This document shows positions 8,665-18,383 of a stretch of 64,000 nucleotides of DNA, one piece after another. This stretch comes from Spirochaetales bacterium (GTDB lineage: Bacteria; Spirochaetota; Spirochaetia; JABMQR01). Every line of letters begins with the position of its first letter. Positions within the stretch are counted from its first letter, which is position 1. A program made the translations under genes and the position numbers. The DNA lies in NCBI GenBank assembly GCA_018399255.1, contig JAGYPA010000003.1:58032-122031 (forward strand). Reading direction: 5' to 3'. The notes below the pieces were generated by a model that had not been told where the DNA came from, did no database searches, and saw only the letters and a program-made list of their open reading frames with translations.

Positions 8665-9981
8665 ATGGATACCAGTAAAGGACAGAATCTCTATCAACGA
8701 GCTAAAGAACTGATTCCCGGCGGAACGCAGCTGCTGAGCAAGCGGCCGGAAATGTTTGCCCCCGGCCAGTGGCCTCCCTATTATGCATCTGCTTCGGGGT
8801 GCCGGGTAGTCGACTTGGACGGTAACCGGTTTACCGATATGTCATCGATGGGAATCGGTTCCTGTCTGCTGGGTTATGCCGACCCGGTGGTGAACAAGGC
8901 GGTTATTCAGGCCGTTCAGGATGGGACAATGAGCACGCTCAATAGTCCTCAGGAGGTGGAGCTGGCCGAACTGCTGGTGGAGCTTCATCCGTGGGCTGAT
9001 ATGGTGCGGTATGCCCGCAGCGGCGGTGAAATCATGGCCATTGCTGTAAGAATTGCCAGGGCAGCATCGGGACGGGATCGGATTGCTTTTTGCGGATATC
9101 ATGGCTGGAGTGACTGGTATCTGGCTGCAAACTTATCCGAAGGCGACAGCCTGGACGGACAGCTGCTGCCGGGGCTGGCCCCTGTTGGAGTGCCTAAAGC
9201 ACTGGGCGGTACCATTTTTCCTTTTCACTACAATGTGATCGAGGAGCTGGAAGAGATTATAGCTCAATACGGCAACTCAGTCGGGGTTATTGTCATGGAG
9301 CCTTTCCGGTATCAGGGGCCGCAGGATGATTTTCTGCTTAAGGTCAAGGAGATAGCCCGGAAAAATGGATCAGTGCTGATTTTTGATGAGATTACTTCCG
9401 GGTGGAGGCATCATCTGGGCGGGGTCCATATGAAGCTCGGAATTGAGCCGGACATGGCGGTTTTTGCGAAAGCAGTAAGTAACGGGGTTCCTATGGCAGC
9501 CGTGATCGGAAAAAGGGCTGTTATGGACAGTGCCCAGAACAGCTTTATCAGCAGCACCTACTGGACTGAACGGATCGGCCCAGCTGCCGCTCTGGCCGCT
9601 ATTAAAGAGTATCGGAGAAGGGATGTGCCGAAGATAGTGGGCGAGACCGGTTCCGCTGTCCATCGTATCTGGAAATCCGCCGCTGAGAAAGCCGGTCTTG
9701 CACTGGCTGTAGAGGGACCTCCCGCTTTGAGCCATTTCAGTTTTGCCTGTAATAATGCGGCCGCACTGGGAACGCTTCTTACGCAGGAGCTGCTGAAGCA
9801 GGGGATTCTCGGCAATTCCGCCTTCTATGCAAGTGCCGGCCATGATGAAAAGGCTTTGCAGGACTATGAACTGGCAGTCAATACCGTGTTTCCAAAACTG
9901 AAGCGGGCCCTCGATGAAGATCGGGTTGAGGCTTCTCTCGAAGGACCGGTTGCTCACAAAGGATTTACTCGACTGACCTGA
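8665..9981 (+). CDS. Class III aminotransferase (glutamate-1-semialdehyde aminomutase-like, PLP-dependent)
   Basis: GSAM-like N-terminus (SKGQNLYQRAKELIPGGTQLLSKRP) and the fold-type I pattern (DEITSGWR). Confidence 0.7.
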   Translation: MDTSKGQNLYQRAKELIPGGTQLLSKRPEMFAPGQWPPYYASASGCRVVDLDGNRFTDMSSMGIGSCLLGYADPVVNKAVIQAVQDGTMSTLNSPQEVELAELLVELHPWADMVRYARSGGEIMAIAVRIARAASGRDRIAFCGYHGWSDWYLAANLSEGDSLDGQLLPGLAPVGVPKALGGTIFPFHYNVIEELEEIIAQYGNSVGVIVMEPFRYQGPQDDFLLKVKEIARKNGSVLIFDEITSGWRHHLGGVHMKLGIEPDMAVFAKAVSNGVPMAAVIGKRAVMDSAQNSFISSTYWTERIGPAAALAAIKEYRRRDVPKIVGETGSAVHRIWKSAAEKAGLALAVEGPPALSHFSFACNNAAALGTLLTQELLKQGILGNSAFYASAGHDEKALQDYELAVNTVFPKLKRALDEDRVEASLEGPVAHKGFTRLT

Positions 9982-10081
9982 TCGGGCAGCACTCTGCATT
10001 GTTTCAGCTGCCAGCTTCGATGCCGCCAACTTGCCGCTGCCGCCAGCTTTTTAACTGTAGCCAGCTTCCGCCAGCTTCCTG

Positions 10082-10921
10082 CTACCAGCTTCTTGGGTAG
10101 ATGGGGAACGTCTGGGGCGGCAGTTCGGTATCCCGTACGTAGCGGATCAGGTTGACATACTCTTGTACGATGGCAGAAAACACCGCTTCGCCTGTTGCTT
10201 TCGATGCTGGAGAAGGATCGCCGTAGACGCCGGTCTCGCTTATCTGAAGTCCCCAGGTGGACCAGCTTATTTTTCCTGATCCGTTTATAAAATCACCTGC
10301 TACCCATTCATTGCAGTGGACAACCGTATCCCGTCCATCCATGCCTGAGAGATCAACCGGATACCCGAAATGAAGCATAAGCGAAGTTTCATACTCACCG
10401 GCATGACTTGCTCCGCCAATTGCGCTTTTTCGGATGCTTTTAAATGCTGATGCACCGAGAGCATGCGGCATGGATACCACGACAGCAGTTCCTGTGCGGT
10501 CAAAGACTTCCCGGGCGGCAATTTTTGCGACATCTCCATGGGGCCCGTGGGTCGAGACGATAATGATTCTGGAAAATCCCATCTCGACAGCAGACGTGCA
10601 GATATCGGCAATGTAACCGGCAGTGATTTCCCAACGGACCCGGAAGGAGGGCCAGTTTTGGAGACTCTTCGGGTTATATCCGTAAGGAACAGGGGGCAGC
10701 ACCAGTACCTGAGGGTCATTGTTACATTCCCTGGCTGCCGCCGCTGCTGCTCGTTCCGCGATGAAGGTATCGCAGCCAACGGGAAGGTGCGGGCCGTGCT
10801 GCTCGGTCTGACCAAAAGGCAACAGCAGAATTGCTCCTGAGGCGGCAGCCCGGGCAATTTCATTGCGATTGCAGTTTGCATAGTAGATGCTGTCTGCAGT
10901 ACTATCAGTATTCGTTGGCAT
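10082..10921 (-). CDS. Creatininase-family amidohydrolase
   Basis: LLLPFGQTEQHGPHLPVGCD and IIIVSTHGPHGD creatininase-family motifs. The start is at MPTNTD with GGAGG upstream. Confidence 0.7.
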   Translation of the reverse strand: MPTNTDSTADSIYYANCNRNEIARAAASGAILLLPFGQTEQHGPHLPVGCDTFIAERAAAAAARECNNDPQVLVLPPVPYGYNPKSLQNWPSFRVRWEITAGYIADICTSAVEMGFSRIIIVSTHGPHGDVAKIAAREVFDRTGTAVVVSMPHALGASAFKSIRKSAIGGASHAGEYETSLMLHFGYPVDLSGMDGRDTVVHCNEWVAGDFINGSGKISWSTWGLQISETGVYGDPSPASKATGEAVFSAIVQEYVNLIRYVRDTELPPQTFPIYPRSW

Positions 10922-10983
10922 AGAGAGACCTCCTGAATAAAATTCCTGAATAAAGTGCAAATTTTGCTTTACACTCTCCCTGC

Positions 10984-11007
10984 ATATGATATAATGTTAT
11001 ATCATAT
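10984..11007. promoter_or_regulatory. Perfect 11-bp inverted repeat (ATATGATATAA-tg-TTATATCATAT) in the divergent promoter region
   Basis: Exact palindrome between the creatininase gene (-) and the NagB-like copy 1 (+). Confidence 0.4.
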
Positions 11008-11071
11008 TATAAGATAAAAATACAGCCTTTTTTCGGCTGGAGCCTGAAATTCATGGAGGGAGATACATACT

Positions 11072-12030
11072 ATGAATGGTTTTGACTTTTCACCGGCGCC
11101 CTGGATTCCTTTTCGCGACAAGGCGGTTCTGGATCGGGTACGAAAGCTTTCGGGGGAAGCGCTGACGCAGCATCCTAACAAGAACTTCCGGATTCAGATC
11201 AGCAAAAATCCCGGGCTTTTTTCTTTGCCCATCTTTTCAGCAAGATCCAGGAATCCGACCGGGAGAACAAGCCGTTTGTCGCCATCCTCGGCAATCCCGC
11301 CCCGGGAACCTACGAGCCCCTGGCAGACCTGATAAACTACGCGGGAGTAAACTGCCGCAACTTCTACCCTTTACCATGGACGAATGGGCCGATGAGAACG
11401 GAAACATAGCTCCGACAACCTACAAGGCGGGTTTTCCTACTCGTTTCTAAAATACCTGATTAACCGGATCCGGCCGGAGCTCCGGCCGCCGGAGAAGAAC
11501 GTCTTCTATCCCACAAACGAGAACATACAGGACTACTCGAAGCTGATAGCGAGAAGGGGAACGGCGGGGCCGATACCCTCTATTCCGGTCCTGGGTGGGC
11601 CGGTCATATTGCTTTATCGATCCGTGCCCGAGCTGATTCCCGATTACCGGGAAGGCGGGGAGTACCTGATCAAGGATCTGGACGATCCCTACTTTCAGCA
11701 GCTCGGCGCAGGTGCTGACGATCCATCCGCTGACAATTGTGCAGAATTCGCTGCACGGTGTTTTCGGACAGAGCGGGATCTTGCGCAGGTGCCGCCGAAA
11801 GCGGCGACCATCGGCCCGCTGGATGTGCTCAATGCGAAGGAACGGATCGAGACTCACTGGATAACGACAGGAGGCCAGTTCAGCATGGCGCCGGATGACC
11901 AGCCGGCTGATAACCCACGGGCCGGTAACTCCCTACATGCCGGGATCGATTCTGCAGCTGCTCGATACCACTGTGCTTATCAGTGAAAGCATTGCAGAAC
12001 CGATAGAGTGCATGGAGACCGTCGGCTACT
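11072..12030 (+). pseudogene. NagB-like (glucosamine-6-P deaminase / sugar-phosphate isomerase family) pseudogene, copy 1
   Basis: The N-terminus MNGFDFSPAPWIPFRDKAVLDRVRKL is a homolog of the intact paralog at 20436-21371. The reading frame breaks several times, with fragments in three frames (11072-11332, 11609-11986, and others). Confidence 0.7.
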
Positions 12031-12074
12031 GAGAAGTATGTATTGAACAGTATTAAACGAGGAGAGATGCTCTA

Positions 12075-13037
12075 TGAATGGTTTTGACTTTTCACCGGCG
12101 CCCTGGATTCCTTTTCGCGATAAGGCAGTTCTGGATCGGGTGCGGAAGCTTTCGGGGAAGCACTGACGCAGCACCCCAACAAGAACTTCCGGATTCAGAT
12201 CAGCAAAAACCCCGGCCTCTTTAAATTTGCCCACCTTTTCAGCAAGATCCAGGAATCCGACCGGGAGAACAAGCCGTTTGTCGCCATCCTCGGCAATCCC
12301 GCCCCGGGAACCTACGAGCCCCTGGCAGACCTGATTAACTACGCGGGAGTCAACTGCCGGAACTTCTATCCTTTTACCATGGACGAATGGGCCGATGAGA
12401 ACGGAACATAGCTCCGACAACCTACAAGGCGGGTTTTTCCTACTCTTTTCTCAAATACCTGATTAACCGGATCCGGCCTGAGCTCCGGCCTCCGGAGAAG
12501 AACGTCTTCTACCCCACAAACGAGAATATACAAGACTACTCGAAGCTGATTGCGGAAAAGGGAAACGGCGGGGCCGATACCCTCTATTCCGGTCCTGGGT
12601 GGGCTGGTCATATCGCCTTTATTGATCCGTGTCCCGAGCTGATTCCCGATTACCGGGAAGGCGGGGAGTACCTGATCAAGGATCTGGACGATCCCTTCTT
12701 TCAGCAGCCGGCGCAGGTGCTGACGATCCATCCGCTGACGATTGTGCAGAATTCGCTGCACGGAGTTTTCGGACAGAGCGGGGATCTGGCGCAGGTGCCG
12801 AAAGCGGCGACTATCGGCCCGCTGGATGTGCTCAATGCGAAGGAACGGATCGAGACTCACGGGATAACGACAGGAGGCCAGTTCAGCAGCTGGCAGCGGA
12901 TGACCAGCCGGCTGATAACCCACGGGCCGGTAACTCCCTACATGCCGGGATCGATTCTGCAGCTGCTCGATACCACTGTGCTTATCAGCGAAAGCATTGC
13001 AGAACCGATAGAGTGCATGGAGACCGTCGGCTACTGA
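12075..13037 (+). pseudogene. NagB-like pseudogene, copy 2 (tandem duplicate of copy 1)
   Basis: Near-identical N-terminus. A frameshift follows the SGE codons (ggggaagcactgacg versus gggggaagcgctgacg in copy 1). The C-terminal segment 12717-13037 is in frame with the paralog (TLAQNSLHGVFGQSGDLAQVP). Confidence 0.7.
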
Positions 13038-13090
13038 CCGTCGGCTGCTGAAAACTATATTTTTTGAATAGAAAGAAATGAGAAGAGGGT

Positions 13091-14161
13091 ATGACTATGA
13101 ACAGCAGAGAGCGCGTTCTTGCCGCCGCCGAACGAAGAAAGACTGACAAGGTTCCCACATCTTTGCGCTGTACGCCGGAAGTGCTGCAGGCTCTGATTTC
13201 CCGGCTGGGAGTAACTACCAAGCAGGAAGTCTACGATGCACTGGACATCGATCTGCGATGGATTTATCTCCCCTTTATCGGACCTGAAGAGCGCTCTGCA
13301 GCAGTTATGGGCAGCGAGGGGGTCGACTTCTGGGGCTGCCGCAATACGAAAATGGGAAATAAGTTCAATACCTACTACGAGATTACCGGGCATCCGCTTG
13401 CTGAAGCGGAAACCGTTGAGGATGTGGAGAACTACGATTGGCCGAGCCTGGATTGGTGGGATTATGACGCAATACCGAAAATTATCGAGGCCGAGCTGCA
13501 GAAGGACAGGCGGGCAATCATGTTCTTTGCCGGTGGAGCCTTTGAAACCCCCTGGTATATTCGCGGTTTTGAGCAGTTTCTTATGGATCTGTATCTTAAT
13601 CCGGACATTGTTACTGCCATCTGCAGCAAAGTTGAAGAGTACTATCGGCTTCGGGCCCTTCGGGTTCTGGAGGCAGCCGACGGAATGATAGATATTGTGG
13701 GTTCTGGCGGGGACCTCGGCGGGGAGACGGCTCTGCTGCTTGATCCGAACAAATGGCGGGAACTGATCAAGCCCTACACAGCCAGTCTGATCCAGACCTT
13801 CAAGCAGATGGGACTGAAGACCTTTTACCATTCCGATGGCGCCATAACCTCAGTAATCGAGGATTTTATTGAAATCGGCCTCGACATTCTCGATCCGATT
13901 CAAGTGGGGGCGGCTGGTATGACTCCGGAAGAACTGTCACCGAAATTTGGAAGCAGGCTGACGTTTCACGGGGCAATTGATGAAGTGCACCTGCTGCCGC
14001 ATGCCGCCCCGGAAGAAGTGTATCGGGAAACCCGGCGAGTTATATCCATTCTTGGACAGAACCATGGATATATTGTCTCTCCAACCCATCAGCTGCAGGG
14101 AGATACATCAGTTGATAATGTACTGGCAATTTATCAGGCGGTAAACGACTTTCGCTGGTAG
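13091..14161 (+). CDS. Uroporphyrinogen decarboxylase (URO-D) family protein, MtaA/MtbA/CmuA-like methyltransferase family
   Basis: URO-D-family N-terminus (RERVLAAAERRKTDKVP) and 356 aa length. Confidence 0.6.
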   Translation: MTMNSRERVLAAAERRKTDKVPTSLRCTPEVLQALISRLGVTTKQEVYDALDIDLRWIYLPFIGPEERSAAVMGSEGVDFWGCRNTKMGNKFNTYYEITGHPLAEAETVEDVENYDWPSLDWWDYDAIPKIIEAELQKDRRAIMFFAGGAFETPWYIRGFEQFLMDLYLNPDIVTAICSKVEEYYRLRALRVLEAADGMIDIVGSGGDLGGETALLLDPNKWRELIKPYTASLIQTFKQMGLKTFYHSDGAITSVIEDFIEIGLDILDPIQVGAAGMTPEELSPKFGSRLTFHGAIDEVHLLPHAAPEEVYRETRRVISILGQNHGYIVSPTHQLQGDTSVDNVLAIYQAVNDFRW

Positions 14162-15351
14162 ACGGTTTTTCCATCAATAATAGTCATATGTACATTGATA
14201 TCTTCATCAAAAACTGCAAGATCAGCGTCCAGGCCAGCCCGGATTGACCCCTTGTGATGTTCCAAAGCAAGGAATTTTGCAGGATTATACGTTGCTGCAG
14301 TTACGGCTGCCGGGAGTGATATCCCGGTATGCCGCATGAAATTACGGATCGCATCATTCATGGACATGAGGGAACCGGCCAGGCTTCCATTTTCAAGCCG
14401 GACCACATCCTCTCCTTCTCTCAGGACAATTTTCAGACCGTCTTTCATGGTATACCTTCCAGGAGGGCTCCCTGCGGCATCACGGGAATCTGAAATAAGG
14501 ATTATTTTTTCAGCGCCTTTACAGCGAAGGAGAATGGTAAGCAGGACCGGCGGTACGTGGATACCGTTTTTGTCGGCAATAACTTCTGCGTACAGCTCAT
14601 CACAAACCAGAAGCTCTTCTTCTATTCCCCAGGCCTTAACTCCCCCCTCGTATGGAACCGGATCGGCAAAACAGTCAAATATATGATCAATATGGGATAT
14701 ACCCAGATTGAGGGCCCGCTCCAACCGCGGAGGAGATGCGCGGCAGTACCCGAGAGCAACGTGAACATCATGTTTCCGCAGCGTGCGAACCATATTTTCA
14801 TATCCTGAAATCTCTGATGATACGGTCATGATTTTTAGATTGCCTTCAGCGGCAGAAAGTATCCGGCCGACATTTTCAGCGGTGGGTATAATTGCATGCT
14901 CCTCACTCTGGGCACCACGGTCGGGATTTATGAACGGCCCCTCCGAATTGATGCCGACAACCTGCGCCCCATGATCCGCTTTCTGTTCCCGCATCCAGCG
15001 ACTGATGAGACGGCAGCCGTTAATGAGAGATTCCAGGTCCATATTCCAGAAGGTGGGAAGAAAGGCTGTAGTTCCATGTCTGGCGAGGTAGCCAGCCATC
15101 TGATCGTACGGTCCGAAGGCTGCATCGATGCCGTTTGCACCGTGGGTGTGAATGTCAATGAATCCGGGAGAGATGTACATTCGCTGCACATCGATCACGT
15201 TATAAAAATCTGAAGTTTCAGGATGCTGCAGATAGTCTTCTTGAGCTGCAATTTTTTCTATCTTACCCTCCCTGATATACAGTACCTTGTCATGAAGTAC
15301 GGTATGAGGAGTCAAAATTAATCCATTGATAAGAATGATGTTTTTATTCAT
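14134..15351 (-). CDS. NagA-like amidohydrolase (N-acetylglucosamine-6-phosphate deacetylase family)
   Basis: GFIDIHTHGANG metal-binding motif and amidohydrolase fold. The start moves to MNKNIILINGLIL. Confidence 0.7.
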   Translation of the reverse strand: MNKNIILINGLILTPHTVLHDKVLYIREGKIEKIAAQEDYLQHPETSDFYNVIDVQRMYISPGFIDIHTHGANGIDAAFGPYDQMAGYLARHGTTAFLPTFWNMDLESLINGCRLISRWMREQKADHGAQVVGINSEGPFINPDRGAQSEEHAIIPTAENVGRILSAAEGNLKIMTVSSEISGYENMVRTLRKHDVHVALGYCRASPPRLERALNLGISHIDHIFDCFADPVPYEGGVKAWGIEEELLVCDELYAEVIADKNGIHVPPVLLTILLRCKGAEKIILISDSRDAAGSPPGRYTMKDGLKIVLREGEDVVRLENGSLAGSLMSMNDAIRNFMRHTGISLPAAVTAATYNPAKFLALEHHKGSIRAGLDADLAVFDEDINVHMTIIDGKTVYQRKSFTA

Positions 15352-15430
15352 ATGCTTTTTAAAAATGTATACATAAATAATATAACAAAGTATACTATAA
15401 AACAATTCTTATGTAAACTAAAGATGAGAA

Positions 15431-16786
15431 ATGCAAACATTGCACAATTTAAAGACAGCAAAAGATGTTCGACTTATCTACGGGTTTCATCTTTTCAATA
15501 ATATAGCCATAACCGTAGTTGCCAATTTTCTCTTTCTCGATCAGCTTTTTTTGCGCATGCAGCTGAATCTGTCCCATATCGGACTGATTAAAGGGATCAG
15601 CTATCTTATTCCCATGACCGTCAATCTGCTGCTTTCACCAGCAATCCAGCGGCTGAACCGGGACCGGGAAATAGTGGCTGCTGCCTACCTGTTCCGGGTT
15701 TCACTCCCGCTGCTGCTGCTGGTGTTTCCGCAGATCGGGCTGGAAAAAAATCAGCTGGCCATGGCAGTCGGTCTCGCTCTGGTAATAATCCACATCTTTC
15801 CCATAGTTGCCAACAATTCAATTCATGTACTGATAAGTGCTTCTATAGACGTCAAGTCTCTGGGGAAGCATCTCGGGGGACTGCAGCTCATCTGGACTCT
15901 GCCGGGATTTCTGCTGGCTATACCATTGAGCCGCTATATGGATACCTTTGCCCTGCTGCCTGACAGTGAATTTTACCGCGGGCTGTTTTACTGTATGGCT
16001 GGTACCGGGGTGTTTCAGATTGCCGCTAGTGGAATAATTCTCAAAGTACCCCGACCTGACGTCGGGGAAAATGCTTCAGGTGAACATATCAACTGGTTTT
16101 CTCGTATCATTTCTCCGTTCAGGGATAAAAACTTCAGGCTGGTGCTCCGGGTAATACTGCTGACTACCTTTTTTTCCTCTATGGTCAGGGATTTTATCAA
16201 CCCCTATTTTCTCACAGTTCTGAACATGAATATGGGAACGATCTCCTATTTCAGTGCCGGGGTTTCGATACTTTCCATTGTCTCCTTTCCTCTTTGGGGG
16301 CGTGCTATGGATCGGATCGGGGGGAGAAATTCTTATCGCATAGCTCTGGCCGGCCTTACCATCGGCATAGCGATGCTGCTGGGGGACGGGCTGCTGTTTC
16401 TCATGCTGTTTGCCTTTCTGGCCTGGGATGGGTCGAGAGGGGTGTTCGGGTCGGGAATTCAGACCATACATCAGTATCTTGCCATGGTAAACACGCCGAA
16501 AGGAAAAAGGAACATCTATTTTGCTTCGGCAACCTTTGCCACAGGCGTCGGGCTGTTTCTCGGGTCATCCATCGGTGGAATTGTGCTTGATACCCTTATA
16601 GCCCGGCTGCCTTCCGGTGAGCCTGCGGCAGCCTTTCGCATCTACTTTATCGTGGCCATGGCAGGACTCGGCAGCGTCATGCTGTTTGTGCATAAATTGC
16701 CGCACGATCGGAAGCATATTCCCGGACGGGATATGTGGCTGTATGTCTACCGGTTCAGCAGATCTCTGTTTGGCCGATTCCGGTGA
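15431..16786 (+). CDS. MFS transporter
   Basis: About 12 predicted hydrophobic segments and 451 aa. Confidence 0.65.
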   Translation: MQTLHNLKTAKDVRLIYGFHLFNNIAITVVANFLFLDQLFLRMQLNLSHIGLIKGISYLIPMTVNLLLSPAIQRLNRDREIVAAAYLFRVSLPLLLLVFPQIGLEKNQLAMAVGLALVIIHIFPIVANNSIHVLISASIDVKSLGKHLGGLQLIWTLPGFLLAIPLSRYMDTFALLPDSEFYRGLFYCMAGTGVFQIAASGIILKVPRPDVGENASGEHINWFSRIISPFRDKNFRLVLRVILLTTFFSSMVRDFINPYFLTVLNMNMGTISYFSAGVSILSIVSFPLWGRAMDRIGGRNSYRIALAGLTIGIAMLLGDGLLFLMLFAFLAWDGSRGVFGSGIQTIHQYLAMVNTPKGKRNIYFASATFATGVGLFLGSSIGGIVLDTLIARLPSGEPAAAFRIYFIVAMAGLGSVMLFVHKLPHDRKHIPGRDMWLYVYRFSRSLFGRFR

Positions 16787-16814
16787 TTTGTTGTTTACAG
16801 AAAGCCGATAAAGC

Positions 16815-16843
16815 GTATACAATATAAATATAAAATTGTATAC
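16815..16843. promoter_or_regulatory. 9-bp inverted repeat GTATACAAT-N11-ATTGTATAC upstream of the MttB-like gene
   Basis: Exact inverted repeat 30 bp upstream of the GGAGG ribosome-binding site. Confidence 0.4.
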
Positions 16844-16873
16844 GAATGGTGATGGCCATGTGAGGAGGAATGG

Positions 16874-18283
16874 ATGGAGAAAAAAAGAATATCCGACAGC
16901 CAGGTGGATCAGGTCCGGGAAGGAACCGAGTATCTTCTGGAGAAAGTGGGCTTTACAGTTCAGCATGATGGGATCCTGAAAATAGCGAAAAATGCGGGTG
17001 CTGCCGTTGACGAAAGCAATTACCGGATACGATTACCCCGGAAGTTCCTGCGGGAACTGCTCGCTCAGGCTCCGAAGCAGTATGTCATAGCCGGTCTCGA
17101 CGGCCGTGAGCATGTCCGGGGAGGAACAAAGCGCGGGTTCTCTGCTATTGTAACCGATCCCTGGGTAATTGATTACAATACCGGGCAGCCCCGGAGACCG
17201 AACCTGGAAGATGTGCGCAAGCATACCATTATCGGACAGAAGCTCGAGCGGGTGGTGCAGATGAGCAGAATGGATTTTCCGGTTACCGATACAGATGATG
17301 CATCCTCAAGTCTTCGTGCTCTTGAAACTCACTTGCTTCATCAGAACAAGCACATCATGTTCATGCCGGCTTCCCTCGAAAGCTATCACGATTTCAAGAC
17401 CATTGCCCGGATTCTTGCCGGCGGACGGGATCCGGGGAAGAGCCATATTCTGAGCGTTGCAGCAGCCGTTGTAAGCCCTTTTGTTGTCGGAAACTGGAAT
17501 GCGGAAATGCTCATTGATGCCTGTGAAAGCGGCTTTCTGATCAATACCACGATCTGTCCTATGGCCGGCACAACGGCACCGTACAGTAAAGCGGCTGTTC
17601 TTTTGCAAGGCAATGCGGAGAACATTTTTATGACAGCCTTGACACAGATGATCAAACCCGGCACACCGATTGCCTACGGGTTTGGAGCGTCTGTTACCGA
17701 TATGCGGGCAGGGCATGACAGGTACTATATGCTCGATACTGCTCTCTGGACCGATGCGATCTGGCGTATGGCTGCTTCCTATAAGCTTCCTACCTCAGCA
17801 GCGTGCGGGGGAGGGATGACGTTTCGTTATGATCCCCAGAATGGAGCGGAAGGAATGGCCTTTATGCAGGCAGCTTGCGCAACCGGTGCTGACCTGCTTT
17901 CCGGGATCGGTTCTTACTATAACGCCGTCGGTATGTCAGCAGAGATGATGCTTATGCAGAATGCGTGGTTTGAAGCAGTTGAGCATCTGAACAGAGGAAT
18001 TGAGTTTGACAGTTTCAGTCAGGCTCTGGAAAGTCTCGAGGCTGCAGGACCTGGCGGAAATTTCCTCACCGATGATCTTACCATAGAAAACCTGCGGAGC
18101 AGCGAGTTTTTTAACCATGACCTTTTTGATTTTTCGGGCGGAAATTATCAGGGTACGTCGATGCTGCAGAGAGCTCACGAAAAAATAGACGAAATGACGG
18201 AGGGGTTCGAGTCTCCGCTTCCCGGATCGGTGCAGGAAGAGCTGCGAAGGCATTTTCATCACCTCTATCAGAGTTTGAACTGA
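16874..18283 (+). CDS. MttB-superfamily methyltransferase (non-pyrrolysine member of the trimethylamine methyltransferase family, MtgB-like)
   Basis: N-terminal pattern EGTEYLLEKVGFTVQHDGILKIAKNAGAAVDESNYRIRLPRKFLRELLAQAPKQYVIAGLDG matches the MttB-family N-terminus. It is about 470 aa with no internal amber codon. GAGGAGG lies upstream. Confidence 0.6.
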   Translation: MEKKRISDSQVDQVREGTEYLLEKVGFTVQHDGILKIAKNAGAAVDESNYRIRLPRKFLRELLAQAPKQYVIAGLDGREHVRGGTKRGFSAIVTDPWVIDYNTGQPRRPNLEDVRKHTIIGQKLERVVQMSRMDFPVTDTDDASSSLRALETHLLHQNKHIMFMPASLESYHDFKTIARILAGGRDPGKSHILSVAAAVVSPFVVGNWNAEMLIDACESGFLINTTICPMAGTTAPYSKAAVLLQGNAENIFMTALTQMIKPGTPIAYGFGASVTDMRAGHDRYYMLDTALWTDAIWRMAASYKLPTSAACGGGMTFRYDPQNGAEGMAFMQAACATGADLLSGIGSYYNAVGMSAEMMLMQNAWFEAVEHLNRGIEFDSFSQALESLEAAGPGGNFLTDDLTIENLRSSEFFNHDLFDFSGGNYQGTSMLQRAHEKIDEMTEGFESPLPGSVQEELRRHFHHLYQSLN

Positions 18284-18383
18284 TGAGGCAGATCTTGCTT
18301 GACAATGGGAAAGAGGTAACGTAAAATTAAATGGTTATAATATTCTTATATTATAATTTTTCTTTATAATAGAAGGAGTTGAC

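Noticed and set aside
11447-12923. Minus-strand ORFs (136 and 185 aa) spanning the NagB-like pseudogenes
   Set aside because: They are duplicated mirror-frame artefacts of the tandem repeat. Both are Arg-rich translations with no start context.
13055-13831. 258-aa minus-strand ORF opposite the first URO-D-family gene
   Set aside because: It is fully antisense to a gene with clear family features.
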